From Felis catus (taxonomy: Eukaryota), in the NCBI RefSeq assembly GCF_018350175.1, contig NC_058374.1:132246001-132310000 (forward strand): 64,000 nucleotides of DNA. Direction: 5' to 3'. Both the position numbers and the translations under genes were made by a program. The notes below the pieces were generated by a model. It was not told the DNA's origin. It was given only the letters and a program-made list of their open reading frames with translations, and did not search any database. Of the stretch, positions 61,071 to 64,000 are shown one piece after another; positions within the stretch are counted from its first letter, which is position 1; every line of letters starts with the position of its first letter.

Positions 61071-61366
61071 GGTGATATTTTAAAACATTTATTGTTACGG
61101 AAAGGACCAGTAACAATAACAACAGCTGCCATTGCCTGAACACCTCATTCGTGCTGGTTGTATTGGATCTCTGATGTATGTTATGACACTTGAACCTTAA
61201 CAGGCCCTCTAAAGTGGATGTCATTACTGCTCCATTTTATAGACCAGGAAACTGGAGGCCAGTGATGTTAAACTGAATGTATCCTTGATGGCTCTAGACG
61301 GTTGTTTTCCCAGACTGTGTGAGTTTGTCTTTTTTATCATTTCCAAGTCTCCTCTGATTTGGATAG

Positions 61367-61711
<345 letters not shown>

Positions 61712-62537
61712 TGAAGCTTGCAGCTAGCAGCAGTGTCTCTGTTTGGGGCTGTCGCCCACTGTGGCTCCTTGGTGGTGCTGCCAGGGCTTCAGCCAAGAAT
61801 CTTTTGCTTTTTTCCCTTGTGCTCAGACCTTGGTCTGGATTTCCGTCAACCCGGAATCTTCTGCTTCCTCCTTTGTTTAGCTCTTGGTCTGAGCACACCC
61901 TCGAATTATGCCCTGCTCTTTGTTCCTTCTGGTTCCAAATATAGGATTCTTGAGATCCCTCATCTGGCGCCTCTTTTCAGCTGGCCACAGGGCCAGGGCC
62001 TTGGCTTTTAGCATCTAAACAGGGGATATCTATGGAGACATTTGGGCAGAGGGTCTGATTGCCTTCTATCACCAAAGGCTTCAGAACAGCCTCACATTTC
62101 TTCCTCACTGCTACAGACGGTAGATGAGAAGTAGAGAGGTGTCCTTTTGGAATGCCTCATAAGGGCTTCTGTGGATGTGTAAATGTCTTAGAGGTCCTTT
62201 GTCAGATGAATTTTTATCGAGGAAGCAGAACATTCTGAGAACATTGGCTTTGTCGTGGCTTACGGGATGTGGGTCTTTTAGAGACTCTGGAGAAATCTGA
62301 CCGGTTTCAGACTTGTAACCTTACCAGAGAGACCTTATCTGTGGTCTTTTTAACTCTAGCAAGCACCTACCCACCCCAGGTTTTGATCCTCCTTTTGCTT
62401 CTCCAGGGCTGCCATTTAATGCTGGTCTGTCCATCTGTCTCCTGCTTATGTCAGTAAAGAGTGGACCAGTCTTGCTCTGGAAGCCTGGCCAAAGAGAAAG
62501 CTGTGTCCCCCTAATTGTGTTCCATCTCACCCTTTAA

Positions 62538-62654
<117 letters not shown>

Positions 62655-62974
62655 TAAATGGGTAGTGAGCACTCACTTCTGGGCAGGCATAGAGATTGGA
62701 TGGACTAGAAGATTCTGAACTCAGTACAGGTTCTCCCAGCCGGGCAGTGTTGCCCAGAAGTTCTGTCAGGCAACCCATATTCTGAGGTGCTGGCCTTGCT
62801 GAGGTTGGAATCTCAGCTGAGGCTTCAGTGTCTTCTTACCTGTGAAATGGGAATAATATTCCCTTCTCCATGGCGTTCTCATAAGTGTTGGAAATGATGT
62901 ATGTAAAGCACTTAGCCCTGTGTCTGGCTGCTGTGTGATACAAACGCAGCCATTTTTATAACTTATTATTAATT

Positions 62975-63187
62975 AAAAAAATTTTTTTTTAATGTTTATT
63001 TATTTTTGAGAGAGAGACAGAGTGTGAGTGGGGGAGGACCAGAGAGAGAGGGAGACACAGAATCCGAAGCAGGCTCCAGGCTCTGAGCTGTTAGCACAGA
63101 GCCCGATGCAGGGCTCGAACTCACGAACCGCGAGATCATGACCTGAGCTGAAGTCAGACGCTTACCGACTGAGCCACCCAGGCGCCC
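62975..63187 (-). mobile_element. CAN-SINE
   Basis: TSD ttatta(t/c)taatt. Confidence 0.92.
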
Positions 63188-63595
63188 CTTATTACTAATT
63201 TTTTATACTGTTGTCCCCCAAAAGCTGTCTCATCACAGATCAGTTTTGGCATTTACTTATTAGTGTATCCTTTGATTCCATAGACATTTACTGGATGTTT
63301 GTTCTGTGCCATGTTCTTCATCCGGGCATTGAGGATTCACAGTTAACTCAGGCACAGTCTTTGTCCTCAGGGTGGTCACCTCCTTGGTCAGAGAGCTACT
63401 CTCTTGATAATAGTGAACTTTGTTAAGTTTGCTCCTTTTCCCAGAGTCTGGGGGCTGCTTAGGAGCCATCGCCTCCTGGCTTGGTCTGTAGTACAGAACC
63501 CAGAGCAGCCTGGCATTTTGGTCTATGGCTGTGCCCTGATGCTGTCTTCAGTACCACCAGGCGGCCAGCAGAGGGGGTATGTTTCAGCTGGCCCC

Positions 63596-63623
63596 ATTTC
63601 ATTTCATTTCATTTCATTTCATT
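63596..63623. repeat. (ATTTC)n pentanucleotide repeat
   Basis: Five full units plus attc. Confidence 0.9.
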
Positions 63624-64000
63624 CTGAGCGCCTCTTCTGTGCAGGTGTTATTCTAGAAGCTATGGAGACTATATAATTCCCAATCTTGAAAACTCTGATT
63701 AACCCTGGATAGGAGACAGAGAGCCTATTGTAATGACTGATGGAAACTGAGATGTAGTCACATGTAACAGACACAAAAAGTTTTCCAAGAGCTGGCAGGA
63801 GCCAAGAGTGCCCATCTGGGAAGGGTTTCCTGGAAAATTCTGCATTGGAGATGGGCTCTGAAGGATGAGAGGGTTTTTTAGTTGGGTAAAAGGGAAGAAA
63901 TTCAGGCAGGAGGATCAGAGTGAAGATACACACGGGGAGCAAAAAAGTATTAGGCTTTCGGGGGAAGCAAAGGTTCTCTGGTCTGGCTGGCAGACAGGAA

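Overview
Gene-dense felid (cat-family) genomic DNA, identified by about 45 SINEC_Fc/tSINE_Fc-type CAN-SINEs. The gene order matches the conserved mammalian block. It contains the 5' part of FAM227A (minus strand, 4 coding exons, continuing off the left edge), which is head-to-head with CBY1 (plus, complete, 127 aa) on a shared CpG island. Next come TOMM22 (plus, complete, 142 aa) and JOSD1 (minus, 202 aa expected, one exon partly in an N gap). The window ends with the 5' part of GTPBP1 (plus, coding exons 1 and 3-6 visible, exon 2 apparently inside an N gap). Exon boundaries were read by hand and phases are consistent. Gene identities rest on my recall of the human orthologues, not on a database search. 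Most ORF-track entries are SINE or CpG-island noise. I found no convincing new multi-gene system. The best leads are regulatory or retroelement-level: five uATGs in the JOSD1 leader, an RFX X-box inside a 9-bp inverted repeat in the FAM227A/CBY1 promoter, a candidate 30-nt cassette or poison exon and an LTR-donated intronic poly(A) signal in GTPBP1, a head-only SINE stub with an intact target-site duplication (TSD), serial SINE insertion into one target site, and a GC-AG intron in FAM227A.
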